Source: a virus. Taken from it: a DNA stretch of 64,000 bases. Of this stretch, positions 1 to 8,954 are shown in pieces. The notes below the pieces were generated by a model that saw only the letters and a list, made by a program, of their open reading frames with translations, had not been told where the DNA came from and ran no database searches. Position 1 is the first letter of the stretch. Each line of letters begins with the position of its first letter. The translations under genes and the position numbers were made by a program. The DNA lies in the IMG/VR virus record IMGVR_UViG_3300045988_107970, positions 32,001 through 96,000 of that record; one strand, written 5' to 3'.

Positions 1-206
1 ATATTCCTGTCGATGTTGACATGTTGGAGTATAGCGATGACGAAGAGGTAGAGTCTAGCCGCGAGGATTCAAGACTATACGACCTAGGTATCTATACATA
101 TGATGATTGGTGTAGATATAATGATGAGCTAGAGCAGTATGAGACATCCTTTACAACTCCGTCTGGTGATGATATGATTGCATTCGGAGCATATGGCTAT
201 CGCTAG
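1..206 (+). CDS. hypothetical acidic protein, possibly continuing upstream of the window
   Basis: ORF 21..206 in the track. The frame stays open back to base 3, so the true start may lie off-window. Confidence 0.3.
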   Translation, partial: IPVDVDMLEYSDDEEVESSREDSRLYDLGIYTYDDWCRYNDELEQYETSFTTPSGDDMIAFGAYGYR

Positions 207-214
207 GAGAAGTA

Positions 215-1120
215 ATGAAGATTCTTGGCAGTTATAAGAACAACGACTATACCTGTACAATGTTCTCAGACGGCACTAAAATTAGGTGGAATGATAAGGA
301 TTCATTTAACCCAATCAAGCCTGAGTCAATTGACCTTAAGATTACCAACATGTGTAATATGGAGTGTGGTATGTGCCACGAGAACTCAACGTCCGATGGG
401 AAGCATGGCGATATCCTGAACCTTCCGTTTATCGATACTATGTTTCCCTATAGCGAAGTTGCAATCGGTGGCGGCAATCCTTTGACGCATCCAGATTTGA
501 TTGAATTTCTTAAAGGACTTAAAGAGCGCAAGATTATCGCAAGCATGACGGTGAATCAAATGCACTTTATGCAGAATATTGATTTGCTGAAAGAGCTTAC
601 GGATAAAAAACTAATCTATGGTCTTGGTATTTCATATATCGGTGGCCGTCATGAGAACTGCATTGAAGCAATCAAGCAGTTCCCCAATGCTGTCGTTCAT
701 GTTATCAACGGTATCGTACATATGGATGGTCTAGAAGCCCTTGCCAATAACGATTTGAAGATTCTCGTTCTTGGATACAAGGAGTTTAGGCGTGGCAAAA
801 CTCTATATGATGAGTGCGGTAGTCAGATTAATTATCTAAAGGCACAGTTCTATGACCTGCTACCTAAGATGGTGAACGATGGCTGGTTCAAGTGCATTAG
901 CTTTGACAACCTTGCAATTAAGCAGCTTGAGCCTAAGCGCCTTATGAGTGAGGAAGACTACGCTCAATTCTATATGGGCGATGATGGGTCGTTCACTATG
1001 TATGTAGATGCTGTTAACCAACAGTTTGCTAAGAGTTCTGTGTCTACTGAGCGATATGATTTGATGGATGATATCGCCGATATGTTTAAGATTGTTAAGG
1101 ATGGTGTCAATGGAAAATAA
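215..1120 (+). CDS. radical SAM domain protein
   Basis: 301-aa ORF. CxxxCxxC cluster motif CNMECGMC near the N-terminus, followed by a glycine-rich AIGGGNP stretch. Stop overlaps the next start (ATGGAAAATAA). Confidence 0.7.
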   Translation: MKILGSYKNNDYTCTMFSDGTKIRWNDKDSFNPIKPESIDLKITNMCNMECGMCHENSTSDGKHGDILNLPFIDTMFPYSEVAIGGGNPLTHPDLIEFLKGLKERKIIASMTVNQMHFMQNIDLLKELTDKKLIYGLGISYIGGRHENCIEAIKQFPNAVVHVINGIVHMDGLEALANNDLKILVLGYKEFRRGKTLYDECGSQINYLKAQFYDLLPKMVNDGWFKCISFDNLAIKQLEPKRLMSEEDYAQFYMGDDGSFTMYVDAVNQQFAKSSVSTERYDLMDDIADMFKIVKDGVNGK

Positions 1121-1547
1121 GTTGCTTTATCTTGCTGGCGGCATAAGCGGACTCAGCCGTGATGAGCAGTGGCAGTGGCGCAAAGATGTGCGTACTAAGA
1201 TTCTTGAGAGCATTAATTTCTATGGGTATGATTATATGCCCGTGTTCTTTAACCCACTGATGCACTACACTCTAGATGATAAAATTCACAAGAGTGAGCG
1301 CGAGGTATTTGAGCTTGAGACTTACAATGTTCGCAAGTCAGATTTGGTTATTGTGAACTTCAACGCTCCTTCGTCAATCGGAAGCGCTATGGAACTCGCT
1401 ATCGCCAAGGAGAATCGTATTCCTGTTGCTGGATTGAACGAAGATAACGTTGAGCTGCATCCTTGGTTGATTGAGTGTACAACGCGCATGTGCGATACAT
1501 TTGACGAGCTTATCGACTATGTTGCATGTCAGCATTTGATGGCGTAA
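1110..1547 (+). CDS. nucleoside 2-deoxyribosyltransferase / Rcl-like protein
   Basis: LYLAGG N-terminal motif and an SSIGSAMELAIA segment with a conserved Glu, typical of the NDT/DNPH1 fold. Start moved to ATG 1110, which is translationally coupled to the upstream stop. Confidence 0.5.
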   Translation: MENKLLYLAGGISGLSRDEQWQWRKDVRTKILESINFYGYDYMPVFFNPLMHYTLDDKIHKSEREVFELETYNVRKSDLVIVNFNAPSSIGSAMELAIAKENRIPVAGLNEDNVELHPWLIECTTRMCDTFDELIDYVACQHLMA

Positions 1548-1550
1548 TAA

Positions 1551-1580
1551 ACTAATGTAAAACTAATGTAGACTAATGTA
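1551..1580 (+). repeat. three helically phased direct repeats ACTAATGTA
   Basis: Copies at 1551, 1562 and 1572 (11- and 10-bp spacing). A fourth, related copy CTAATGTTA lies at 1631. Confidence 0.8.
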
Positions 1581-1619
1581 AAAAATTTTTAGATTATCTA
1601 CTAGATTAGTTTATACTTG

Positions 1620-1644
1620 TGATATAATAACTAATGTTATATGC
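1620..1644 (+). promoter_or_regulatory. extended -10 element TGaTATAAT plus conserved 13-mer TAATGTTATATGC
   Basis: TGATATAAT at 1620..1628 and the 13-mer at 1632..1644, 28 nt upstream of ATG 1672. Confidence 0.45.
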
Positions 1645-1671
1645 CTTAATAAATATACGGAGGTATCTTAG

Positions 1672-2820
1672 ATGGCAAATGAGAAGAGTGGCATTAAGAA
1701 GACTGACTGGAAGTCAAGCTTTGTTCTAGTTGGCGCTGCAAAGGTAAATGATTATACCTTTACCATCGATAAGCAGAGTGAGCGCAGTTCTTGGGTTTAT
1801 AATTCTATGGGCCTTAACATTGACTGCGGTGAGAAGTATGGTACTGTACGCGCCGAGATGTTTGGTGGATATTCCCCAGACCGCGAGAATATTATCTATG
1901 CCCACGGCAAGGACGATAACGGCAATGATGACTTTTCTAAGCAGATGACTGTTGCTTGGGAAGACCGCTTTGATGATACGATTCTAGATGAGGTCGGCGA
2001 CCTTTCGTTCATCGTTGTCGGTCTTGAGAAGACTACGACTGGAAAGACCTATTATAAGAACTTCCTTAGCGAGTATGATGCCATTGCCTATGCTCAGGAG
2101 CATCTTGAGGACGGCATGATCGTAAACGTCAAGGGTCGTTTGCAGTATAGTATGTACAATGATACCGTTCAGGTTCGTAAGACTATTCAGAGCATTGTTC
2201 TTAGCAGCGCAGATGAGCCTTCTAAGTACTATGCTCGATTCACTCAGTCTGTTCTTCTTGATAAGGATTCTGCAAGCCTTAAGGATGTTGACAAGGACAA
2301 GGGCGTTATGTATGTGAATGCTCGTGTTCTTGATTATGTGAGTGAGCTTAACGGTACTGAGATTAATGGTCAGTATCCGTTCACAGAGCAGTTCGAGTTT
2401 CCAATGGACTTCACTAAGCCTGAGCTTTGCAAGAAGGTTTATGATAAGCTCTTTAAGATTAAGAAGAATGTTCGTCAGGTAACATTTGATGGTATCTTTG
2501 TTGAGGGCGGAGCTACTGTTACCGCAACAATGGATGATGTTCCCGATGATATCAAGAATCTAATTGATATGGGTATTTATTCTGAGGAGGAAGCACTTGC
2601 CAAGTGTAGTGCAAGCGGCTCTCGTGAGCGCCGTATGATTCTTCAGAAGCCAGTGATTAAGCTTGTTGGCGATGACAAGACTCCTGTTGTCCAAATCTTT
2701 GATGATAAGTATGAAGAGGATGAGCTTGTAATTAACACTGGTAGCGATGAGGATGCGCCATTTGATACTGATGAGAAGCCTTCAGATGGCTCAGATATGT
2801 CTTGGCTTGATTCCCTGTAA
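1672..2820 (+). CDS. putative ssDNA-binding protein with acidic C-terminal tail
   Basis: 382 aa with GGAGG RBS. Highly acidic tail ending DGSDMSWLDSL. Sits in a recombination module with the Sak4-like ATPase and the exonuclease. Function is inferred; no canonical motif was recognised. Confidence 0.35.
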   Translation: MANEKSGIKKTDWKSSFVLVGAAKVNDYTFTIDKQSERSSWVYNSMGLNIDCGEKYGTVRAEMFGGYSPDRENIIYAHGKDDNGNDDFSKQMTVAWEDRFDDTILDEVGDLSFIVVGLEKTTTGKTYYKNFLSEYDAIAYAQEHLEDGMIVNVKGRLQYSMYNDTVQVRKTIQSIVLSSADEPSKYYARFTQSVLLDKDSASLKDVDKDKGVMYVNARVLDYVSELNGTEINGQYPFTEQFEFPMDFTKPELCKKVYDKLFKIKKNVRQVTFDGIFVEGGATVTATMDDVPDDIKNLIDMGIYSEEEALAKCSASGSRERRMILQKPVIKLVGDDKTPVVQIFDDKYEEDELVINTGSDEDAPFDTDEKPSDGSDMSWLDSL

Positions 2821-2834
2821 ATAATACATACTAT

Positions 2835-2874
2835 TAATGTTATATGCGGGAGAGATAAGTTTGAACTCTCCCGC
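2835..2874 (+). promoter_or_regulatory. 13-mer TAATGTTATATGC overlapping a perfect 9-bp hairpin
   Basis: 13-mer at 2835..2847. Stem GCGGGAGAG (2846..2854) pairs with CTCTCCCGC (2866..2874). The track's ATG 2837 lies inside the motif. Confidence 0.45.
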
Positions 2875-2899
2875 TCATTTGCTAGTGATTGGAGGTGTT

Positions 2900-3415
2900 A
2901 TGGGAAAGTTTAATGATTTAACTGGTCAGAAGTTTGGCAGACTTACTGTTATTAAACGCACAGAAAATTATAAGACCCCAAGCGGAAATACAAAAGCACA
3001 ATGGTTATGTATGTGCGACTGCGGCAATCCAAATCCTATTATTGTAACGACATCTAATTTAAAGCGTAACAATACAACATCTTGTGGATGTCATCAAAAA
3101 GAGAGAGCTTCACAAGCAAATAAAAAATACAACACTTATGATTTGTCTGGCGAATATGGAATTGGTTATTTAAGTAATTCTAATGAACAATTTTATTTTG
3201 ATAAATGTGATTATGACAAAATAAAAAGATATTGCTGGCTTTCAGATGGTGAATATGTAGTTGCTAGAAATGGAAATCGCAACATAAGACTTAGTAGGCT
3301 TATTATGGGAGTAGTAAATACTGGCAATGATGTTTTGGTGGATCATAAAAACCATAACACATATGATAATCGAAGATGCAATCTTAGAATTGTTGATACT
3401 CAAAAAACGCCATGA
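2900..3415 (+). CDS. HNH homing endonuclease, N-terminal and HNH part (frame interrupted)
   Basis: GGAGG RBS at 2891 and ATG at 2900. Motif VDHKNHNTYDNRRCNLRIV is paralogous to ORF 26643..27389. The frame stops right after the A6 run at 3402..3407. Confidence 0.7.
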   Translation: MGKFNDLTGQKFGRLTVIKRTENYKTPSGNTKAQWLCMCDCGNPNPIIVTTSNLKRNNTTSCGCHQKERASQANKKYNTYDLSGEYGIGYLSNSNEQFYFDKCDYDKIKRYCWLSDGEYVVARNGNRNIRLSRLIMGVVNTGNDVLVDHKNHNTYDNRRCNLRIVDTQKTP

Positions 3416-3621
3416 ATAAACGTCTTCTTGACTCAAATATATCTGGTGTTGCTGGCGTAAGATTTGAAAATAAAAAATGGGTAGCCTACATCAAAGTAAA
3501 TTATAAAAAAATTTGGCTTGGGGCATTTGACAACTTTGAAGACGCTGTGAACGCTAGAAAAGTAGCTGAAGAAAAATATTTTGGCGAGTATAGTTATGAT
3601 AATAGTATGAAATTGTCATAA
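3412..3621 (+). CDS. AP2-like DNA-binding domain, C-terminal part of the HNH endonuclease in the -1 frame
   Basis: SGVAGVRFENKKWVAYIKVNYKKIWLGAFDNFEDAVNAR is an AP2-type fold. It is the expected continuation after NLRIV if the ribosome or sequence slips -1 in the A6 run. Confidence 0.6.
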   Translation: MNKRLLDSNISGVAGVRFENKKWVAYIKVNYKKIWLGAFDNFEDAVNARKVAEEKYFGEYSYDNSMKLS

Positions 3622-3637
3622 AATTATTAATATTATA

Positions 3638-3669
3638 TGTTATAATTCTTAACTGATAATGTTATATGC
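3638..3669 (+). promoter_or_regulatory. TGtTATAAT extended -10 plus 13-mer TAATGTTATATGC
   Basis: TGTTATAAT at 3638..3646 and the 13-mer at 3657..3669, 21 nt before ATG 3690. Confidence 0.45.
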
Positions 3670-3689
3670 ATAAAGAAGGGTGATAAAAT

Positions 3690-4805
3690 ATGGGTAAGTT
3701 TGGTAAAAAGAATCATGTGTCACTAAATCCACTTGATGCCAATCTTTGTCTTCTAGGACTTCCCAAAATCGGAAAGACTACTATTATGAAGCAGGTAGCA
3801 GAGAAGCTTGTGGGGGAGTCTGGGTATCTGTTCCTTGAGATGTACAGGGAGAATGGCGCGAAGTACATCGAGGATATTGTCTACGAGAACGTGCCAGACT
3901 GGGATACGTTCGTAGAAATCATTGACGATATTGTTGAGAATAAGACTAGTGATTATCCAGATCTCAAAGTTGTCTTTATCGATACAATTGACAACGCCAT
4001 TCAGCTCGCAGAGCAGGAGAGTATTCGACTCTGGAACAAGGAGAATCCAACTAAGCGTACTACTGCAATTAATGCGGCTTGGGGAGGTTTTCAGAAGGGG
4101 CAAGATAAGGCGCTTGACCTGCTTCAGGAGCAGTGGTTCCGTCTTCGTGAGGTTGGCGTAGCGTTTTCTCTAATTGGTCATGTACGCCAGACAACCATCA
4201 CAGACCCAATTACGCTTGATACATATCAGCAGATTACATCTGATGTTTCGCAGCGATACTTTAATCAGATTAAGAAGAATATTGATTTGATTGGCATTGC
4301 TTACATTGACCGTGAAATTACCAAGGAGCGTACTGGCAAGAAGAACGCTGTAACTGGCAAGGATGAGGTTGTCAATAAGATTACTTCAGAAGCACGAAAG
4401 ATTAAGTTTAGGGATTCGAATTATTGTGTTGATAGCGGCGGTCGAATGTCTCAAATTGTCGAGGAGATTAACTTTGACGCAGACGAGTTTATTAAGGCAA
4501 TCACGAATGCCCTTGCCGCAGAGGTAACAAAGAGCGGCAAGTCTGTTGATGCTCGCGCAAAGGAAGACGCAAAGCGCGAGAAGGAAACAGCTAAGCGCGT
4601 TGCAGAGCAGGAAGAGCAGGCTAAGTCTCAGGCTGCTGTGGACGATGTAGTTGCTCAGATTGTTGATTTCTTTACTGAGAACAAGTCTGACATTGCAAAG
4701 ATTAAGCCAGTTCTTGCAGCCGTCAAGAATCTTGGGTATGACAACCCCAAGTCCATTGATAATGTCGAGGACGCAAACAAGATTCTCGCTCTAATTTCTG
4801 AGTAA
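3690..4805 (+). CDS. AAA_24 / Sak4-like recombination ATPase
   Basis: N-terminal P-loop LLGLPKIGKTT, Walker-B-like VVFIDTID, charged C-terminal extension. Confidence 0.55.
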   Translation: MGKFGKKNHVSLNPLDANLCLLGLPKIGKTTIMKQVAEKLVGESGYLFLEMYRENGAKYIEDIVYENVPDWDTFVEIIDDIVENKTSDYPDLKVVFIDTIDNAIQLAEQESIRLWNKENPTKRTTAINAAWGGFQKGQDKALDLLQEQWFRLREVGVAFSLIGHVRQTTITDPITLDTYQQITSDVSQRYFNQIKKNIDLIGIAYIDREITKERTGKKNAVTGKDEVVNKITSEARKIKFRDSNYCVDSGGRMSQIVEEINFDADEFIKAITNALAAEVTKSGKSVDARAKEDAKREKETAKRVAEQEEQAKSQAAVDDVVAQIVDFFTENKSDIAKIKPVLAAVKNLGYDNPKSIDNVEDANKILALISE

Positions 4806-4808
4806 TTC

Positions 4809-4861
4809 TGATATAATGTATAACCATGCTACAGGACATAAAAAATGTAGTATGGTTATAC
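4809..4861 (+). promoter_or_regulatory. TGaTATAAT extended -10 followed directly by a 16-bp hairpin
   Basis: TGATATAAT at 4809..4817. Arms at 4818..4833 and 4846..4861 with one G-U pair. The track's ATG 4826 lies inside the stem. Confidence 0.4.
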
Positions 4862-4882
4862 TCACTAAAGAAAGGTTTGATT

Positions 4883-5023
4883 ATGGCACAGTCTATTGAG
4901 GTCATGGAGCAGCGCTATCAGATGCTACTTAACCGCAAGGGTAAGAATTCAGAGAATGTCGGCATCATGCGCAAGCTACGCCGTAAGATTAACAAGGCTA
5001 AGAACGGCATTATTCTTTCCTAG
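4883..5023 (+). CDS. small hypothetical protein
   Basis: ATG 4883 preceded by AAAGAAAGG. 46 aa and basic. Confidence 0.3.
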   Translation: MAQSIEVMEQRYQMLLNRKGKNSENVGIMRKLRRKINKAKNGIILS

Positions 5024-5063
5024 CATATCTTCATAGAATATTCCTTCAGAGAAAGGAGTCTAT

Positions 5064-5492
5064 ATGTCTTCTGACTTTAAGCAAGAGTTTCTGAAAAACA
5101 AGTATGAGTATATTTCAGATGATGCTGCTAATGAGCCGCTAAAGAAAACGAAGAAGCAGAAGCCCAAGAAGTCTAATCATAAGCATGAATATAAGAATTT
5201 AATTATTCAGTCTTATGATAAGGTGGCTGGCAAATGGCGTGATACTTATGTAAGTTATTGTCCTATTTGCGGCAAGCTGAGCAGCTTTCAGGAAACTGAT
5301 GATATTGCAAAGATTTTCCCAAATATTCGAGTTGGTACATTTGGCTTTTGTATTGGCCTAACTTATAATGAGAGCAACAAAGAGTGGCAGAGCTTTGCAA
5401 ATTGGTCTAGCGAAAATATTCCGCATGTCAAGTGGAAAGATTTTGTTTATTGGAAAGACAAGTATATCGACTTGGATTTGCTAAATAATTAA
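5064..5492 (+). CDS. hypothetical protein
   Basis: 142-aa ORF with AAAGGAG RBS. Contains a single CPICG pair. Confidence 0.4.
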   Translation: MSSDFKQEFLKNKYEYISDDAANEPLKKTKKQKPKKSNHKHEYKNLIIQSYDKVAGKWRDTYVSYCPICGKLSSFQETDDIAKIFPNIRVGTFGFCIGLTYNESNKEWQSFANWSSENIPHVKWKDFVYWKDKYIDLDLLNN

Positions 5493-5505
5493 TTGACCTA
5501 ATATT

Positions 5506-5538
5506 CTGCCCATGACATAATAGTCGTGGGCAGTTTTA
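5506..5538 (+). terminator. intrinsic terminator
   Basis: 11-bp stem CTGCCCATGAC / GTCGTGGGCAG (one G-U pair) followed by TTTTA. Confidence 0.6.
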
Positions 5539-5547
5539 TATATATGG

Positions 5548-6291
5548 ATGGTGTATAAAGTGAAAAAAGAAAAGTCACCTATTACCATTGTCGCAGAAAT
5601 GGTTGATAAAAATTATGCATATGTTCTTAATTTTATAAACAATCATCCTGAGCTTGGTATTGTAAAAGATGAAAACAATAAATATGTAATGGATGAATCA
5701 CAGCAAAACTCTTTATGCATAACCATTCAAAAGCACGAGATTGAACGTGAACAGAAGCGAGTTGAGCGCGAGAAGAAGAAGCTTGAACAAGAGAAGAAGC
5801 GAGTTGAGCGCGAAAAGAATAAGGCAAAAAAAGAAAAAGTGCGCAAGATGACAAAGCAAGAGAATGAAGAGTGGGATGCGCTTTATGAGTATGTGCGTAC
5901 AAAGGTTATGGGATACGATGGCAAGCAACACTTAGAGCCTTATATTGTATTAAGGCTAAAGGGTCTGGCTGAGGGCAAAGCAATGGCTAACCGCAAACAC
6001 AAAGGTAATGCTTGTTATTCTTATTTGCTTATTTTAAATACATTTAAATACTGTATGCCAGATATTCAGCGTGCAGTTGGGCGTATCGCATTTAAAGATA
6101 CATGTGGCAAGTTCAACTACATTATGAGAATCGTGGAAAATAATATCAATACGGTATATATCCGTATGAAAAATGTAGAGAAAGTAAAAGAAGAAGCTGT
6201 AAAATCTGATGTCAGTTATGCTGCTAACTATGTTAATATGTTTAAGGCAAAGAAAACAAACAACACTAAGAAGCTCGATGACCTATGGTAA
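5548..6291 (+). CDS. hypothetical protein with charged coiled-coil repeat
   Basis: 247 aa. EREQKRVEREKKKLEQEKKRVEREK is encoded by a 19-nt direct repeat (5753..5771 and 5795..5813). C-terminus is KKLDDLW. Confidence 0.4.
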   Translation: MVYKVKKEKSPITIVAEMVDKNYAYVLNFINNHPELGIVKDENNKYVMDESQQNSLCITIQKHEIEREQKRVEREKKKLEQEKKRVEREKNKAKKEKVRKMTKQENEEWDALYEYVRTKVMGYDGKQHLEPYIVLRLKGLAEGKAMANRKHKGNACYSYLLILNTFKYCMPDIQRAVGRIAFKDTCGKFNYIMRIVENNINTVYIRMKNVEKVKEEAVKSDVSYAANYVNMFKAKKTNNTKKLDDLW

Positions 6292-6305
6292 GGGTTGGTT
6301 GATAT

Positions 6306-7808
6306 ATGGCGGAAAAAAATAAAAAGAAATTAAGCGTATTTGAGCAGCAAAAGGTAGAGACTATTAAAAAGGTATCTGAATATAAACTTCAATGTGAAGC
6401 AAATGTTGTTGCTATTCTATATAAAGATCCAGACCAGCTGTATAATACCGACATTGATTTAAGTTCATTTACAAGTAATGTATGGAAAGTATTCTGGCAA
6501 ATTGCACACGACATTATTATTGTTGAGAACAAGAATACTCTTGACGATATTACAATAGGAATGTATCTCAATAAGCATCCAAAGCTTAATGAGAAGTATG
6601 TTGAGTATGGTGGCTATAATACTATTACTGCCGCTATGGGGTATGTCAATGAAGAGAATCTTGACGGCTATGTATCTGAGTTGCATAAGTGGGATGCTGT
6701 AAGAGAGCTTTGTGAAAAGGGATTTCCTGTAAAAGATAGGCTTTCTGATTATGCCGATATGTCTGAGGAAGAGATTTATAATGAGCATGAAGCATATCTA
6801 AATCATATCTTTGCAAATTCATCTGCTGGCATTAAGAGTGTCAATGTATTTGATGGTATGTATGAGTTTATTCAAGAGCTTAATGAGTGCAGCGAAGCTG
6901 GTATGCCGTTCTACAATGCCGACTTGCTTAATGCAGAAGTTGGCGGATTTAATCTTAATGGCAATATTTATGGACTCGGTGCAGGAAGTGGCTGCGGCAA
7001 ATCTAATATGGCGTTTAACTGGATTATCCCTTCTGCTATGAAATATGGCGAAAAGGTGGTTATGTGTATCAACGAGGAAGATGAACGCCGTATTCGTAAA
7101 GAGCTTTTAATCTGGGTAGCCAATAATATTTTCCATGAAGAGCTTCATAAACGTACAATTCGTGACGGCGGATTTGATGGTGAGACAATTGCCCTGCTAA
7201 AGAAGTGCGCTGATTGGATTGACCAGCAGAAAGATGAACATATCTTGACTGTTATTCCGCTTGAAAGATATTCTGTTAATACAGTTATTAAGATTATTAA
7301 GAAGTATTCAAGTGCGTTTGGCGTGCGCGTATTTATTCTTGATACACTCAAAGAGAGTTTTGATGCTAAAACAGATGAGATATATAAATCTATGATGCGA
7401 GATATGGTTACTCTTTACGATGTTGTCAAGCCGTCTGCCAAAAACGTTGGGCTGTTTGTAACGTATCAGCTTGGTAAGGGTAGTTTAAAGATGCGTTATC
7501 TTACCAACAATGAGATTGGTCAAGCTAAGTCTATCGTAGATGTTATGAGTGTAAATCTTATGATGCGTAGACCGTATGAAGATGAATATGAAGGCGGATC
7601 AAAAGAGGTAATCGGTTATCGTCCAGATGGCAAAGACGGCAAATCAAAAATCGCCATTAAGCTAAAGAAGGATGATAATCCAATGATTACTTTTATATGT
7701 AAGAATAGGTTTGGTATTAGCGGCGGACATCAAGTTGTATCAAGCTGCGACCTTAGTACAAATACATATAAGGACATTGGATACTGTAACATACCTCAAG
7801 ATTTTTAA
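6306..7808 (+). CDS. DnaB-like replicative DNA helicase
   Basis: 500 aa. Walker A GLGAGSGCGKS, Walker-B-like VFILDTLK, overall RecA-type C-terminal domain. Confidence 0.75.
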   Translation: MAEKNKKKLSVFEQQKVETIKKVSEYKLQCEANVVAILYKDPDQLYNTDIDLSSFTSNVWKVFWQIAHDIIIVENKNTLDDITIGMYLNKHPKLNEKYVEYGGYNTITAAMGYVNEENLDGYVSELHKWDAVRELCEKGFPVKDRLSDYADMSEEEIYNEHEAYLNHIFANSSAGIKSVNVFDGMYEFIQELNECSEAGMPFYNADLLNAEVGGFNLNGNIYGLGAGSGCGKSNMAFNWIIPSAMKYGEKVVMCINEEDERRIRKELLIWVANNIFHEELHKRTIRDGGFDGETIALLKKCADWIDQQKDEHILTVIPLERYSVNTVIKIIKKYSSAFGVRVFILDTLKESFDAKTDEIYKSMMRDMVTLYDVVKPSAKNVGLFVTYQLGKGSLKMRYLTNNEIGQAKSIVDVMSVNLMMRRPYEDEYEGGSKEVIGYRPDGKDGKSKIAIKLKKDDNPMITFICKNRFGISGGHQVVSSCDLSTNTYKDIGYCNIPQDF

Positions 7809-7817
7809 TTTTACTAT

Positions 7818-7830
7818 TAATGTTATATGC
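7818..7830 (+). promoter_or_regulatory. conserved 13-mer TAATGTTATATGC
   Basis: The wider 20-nt context ACTATTAATGTTATATGCGG is identical to that at 2830..2849. Lies 52 nt upstream of ATG 7882. Confidence 0.45.
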
Positions 7831-7881
7831 GGTTGTGCTATACTTTAATAAGTGACTGAGCGTGAAAGGAGTGATATTTAG

Positions 7882-8946
7882 ATGGATGCAGCTTCTCTAA
7901 AGGAATATATCTTCAATAATAATAAAGTTGAATTTGTTCTAGATAAGATTGGTTGTAAGTCAATTAAATATCACTCCTCTAAAAATTTTTATTCATCGAC
8001 TAATTACAATGGCGATAATAGCGGCGCTGTCAATGTCTACAATAACAAATATCTTCTCGTTCATAATTGGACTCGTGAGAGTGAGTTTGATGATGTTGCA
8101 GATATTATTTCCCTCACTAAATACAACAAGAAGTGTTCATTTGTAAGCGCCATTAAATATCTTCATAAGATTCTTGGGCTTAAGTTTACGCAATATGAAA
8201 AAGAGGAAAAGGAAGATCCGTTGGCTGTATTTAAGAACGCTATAAGTACGTGCAAATGTATAAACGTAGCGAATATACAAGCCATTAGAGAAGAAGCTAT
8301 CAACGATTATGTTCCTTTGCTCTACATTGATTGGCTGCGAGAAGGCATTATGCCTTGGGCTGCTAAAAAATTTGAACTAGCCTATTCATATAAATACCAT
8401 CGCGTAGTTGTTCCCATTAGATATTGGGAAGATGGCAGGCTAGTTGGGTTTAATCAAAGAACTACTGTCGAGAACTATGAAGAGCTGGGAATTCGTAAAT
8501 ATTTTCTGACACCCTCATATAAGAAAAACCTTAATCTCTATGGTCTTTGGGAAAACAAAGAAGAAATTGAGAACAAGAAGACTATAGTTATCTGTGAGTC
8601 TGAAAAGTCTGTCCTTAAAAGATATTCTCGCAATGATGGCACTTGTGTTGCGCTTCAAGGCAAGAAGCTAAGCGAAGAGCAAAGGAGTATTATCCTCGGA
8701 CTAGATGTAAACGAAGTTATTGTTGCTCTTGATAATGATGTTCCAATAGAAGAGGTACGCCACATATGCGAGCAGTTCTTCTATATGAGAAAAGTATCAT
8801 ATGTGAAGGATAGATGGGATTTGCTCGGCGAGAAAGATGCTCCCGCCGATGCAGAGAATAAGGTGTATAATTTTCTTATGAAGCATCGAGTTAGATATGA
8901 TGAGTCAGAGCATCAAAAGTATTTAAGTGGTCTTAAGAAGAAATGA
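7882..8946 (+). CDS. DNA primase (Toprim domain)
   Basis: 354 aa. Toprim signatures IVICESEKS and VIVALDNDVPIEE. Lies immediately downstream of the helicase. Confidence 0.6.
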   Translation: MDAASLKEYIFNNNKVEFVLDKIGCKSIKYHSSKNFYSSTNYNGDNSGAVNVYNNKYLLVHNWTRESEFDDVADIISLTKYNKKCSFVSAIKYLHKILGLKFTQYEKEEKEDPLAVFKNAISTCKCINVANIQAIREEAINDYVPLLYIDWLREGIMPWAAKKFELAYSYKYHRVVVPIRYWEDGRLVGFNQRTTVENYEELGIRKYFLTPSYKKNLNLYGLWENKEEIENKKTIVICESEKSVLKRYSRNDGTCVALQGKKLSEEQRSIILGLDVNEVIVALDNDVPIEEVRHICEQFFYMRKVSYVKDRWDLLGEKDAPADAENKVYNFLMKHRVRYDESEHQKYLSGLKKK

Positions 8947-8954
8947 GGTAGACA

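Noticed and set aside
2837-2899. The track's upstream ATG 2837 as the start of the HNH gene. The same question applies to GTG 23531, ATG 4826 and ATG 1068.
   Set aside because: These starts fall inside the conserved 13-mer or hairpins, or inside the preceding gene. Downstream starts have proper RBS spacing (GGAGG then ATG 2900, AAAGAGGTGA then TTG 23585, ATG 4883, ATG 1110).
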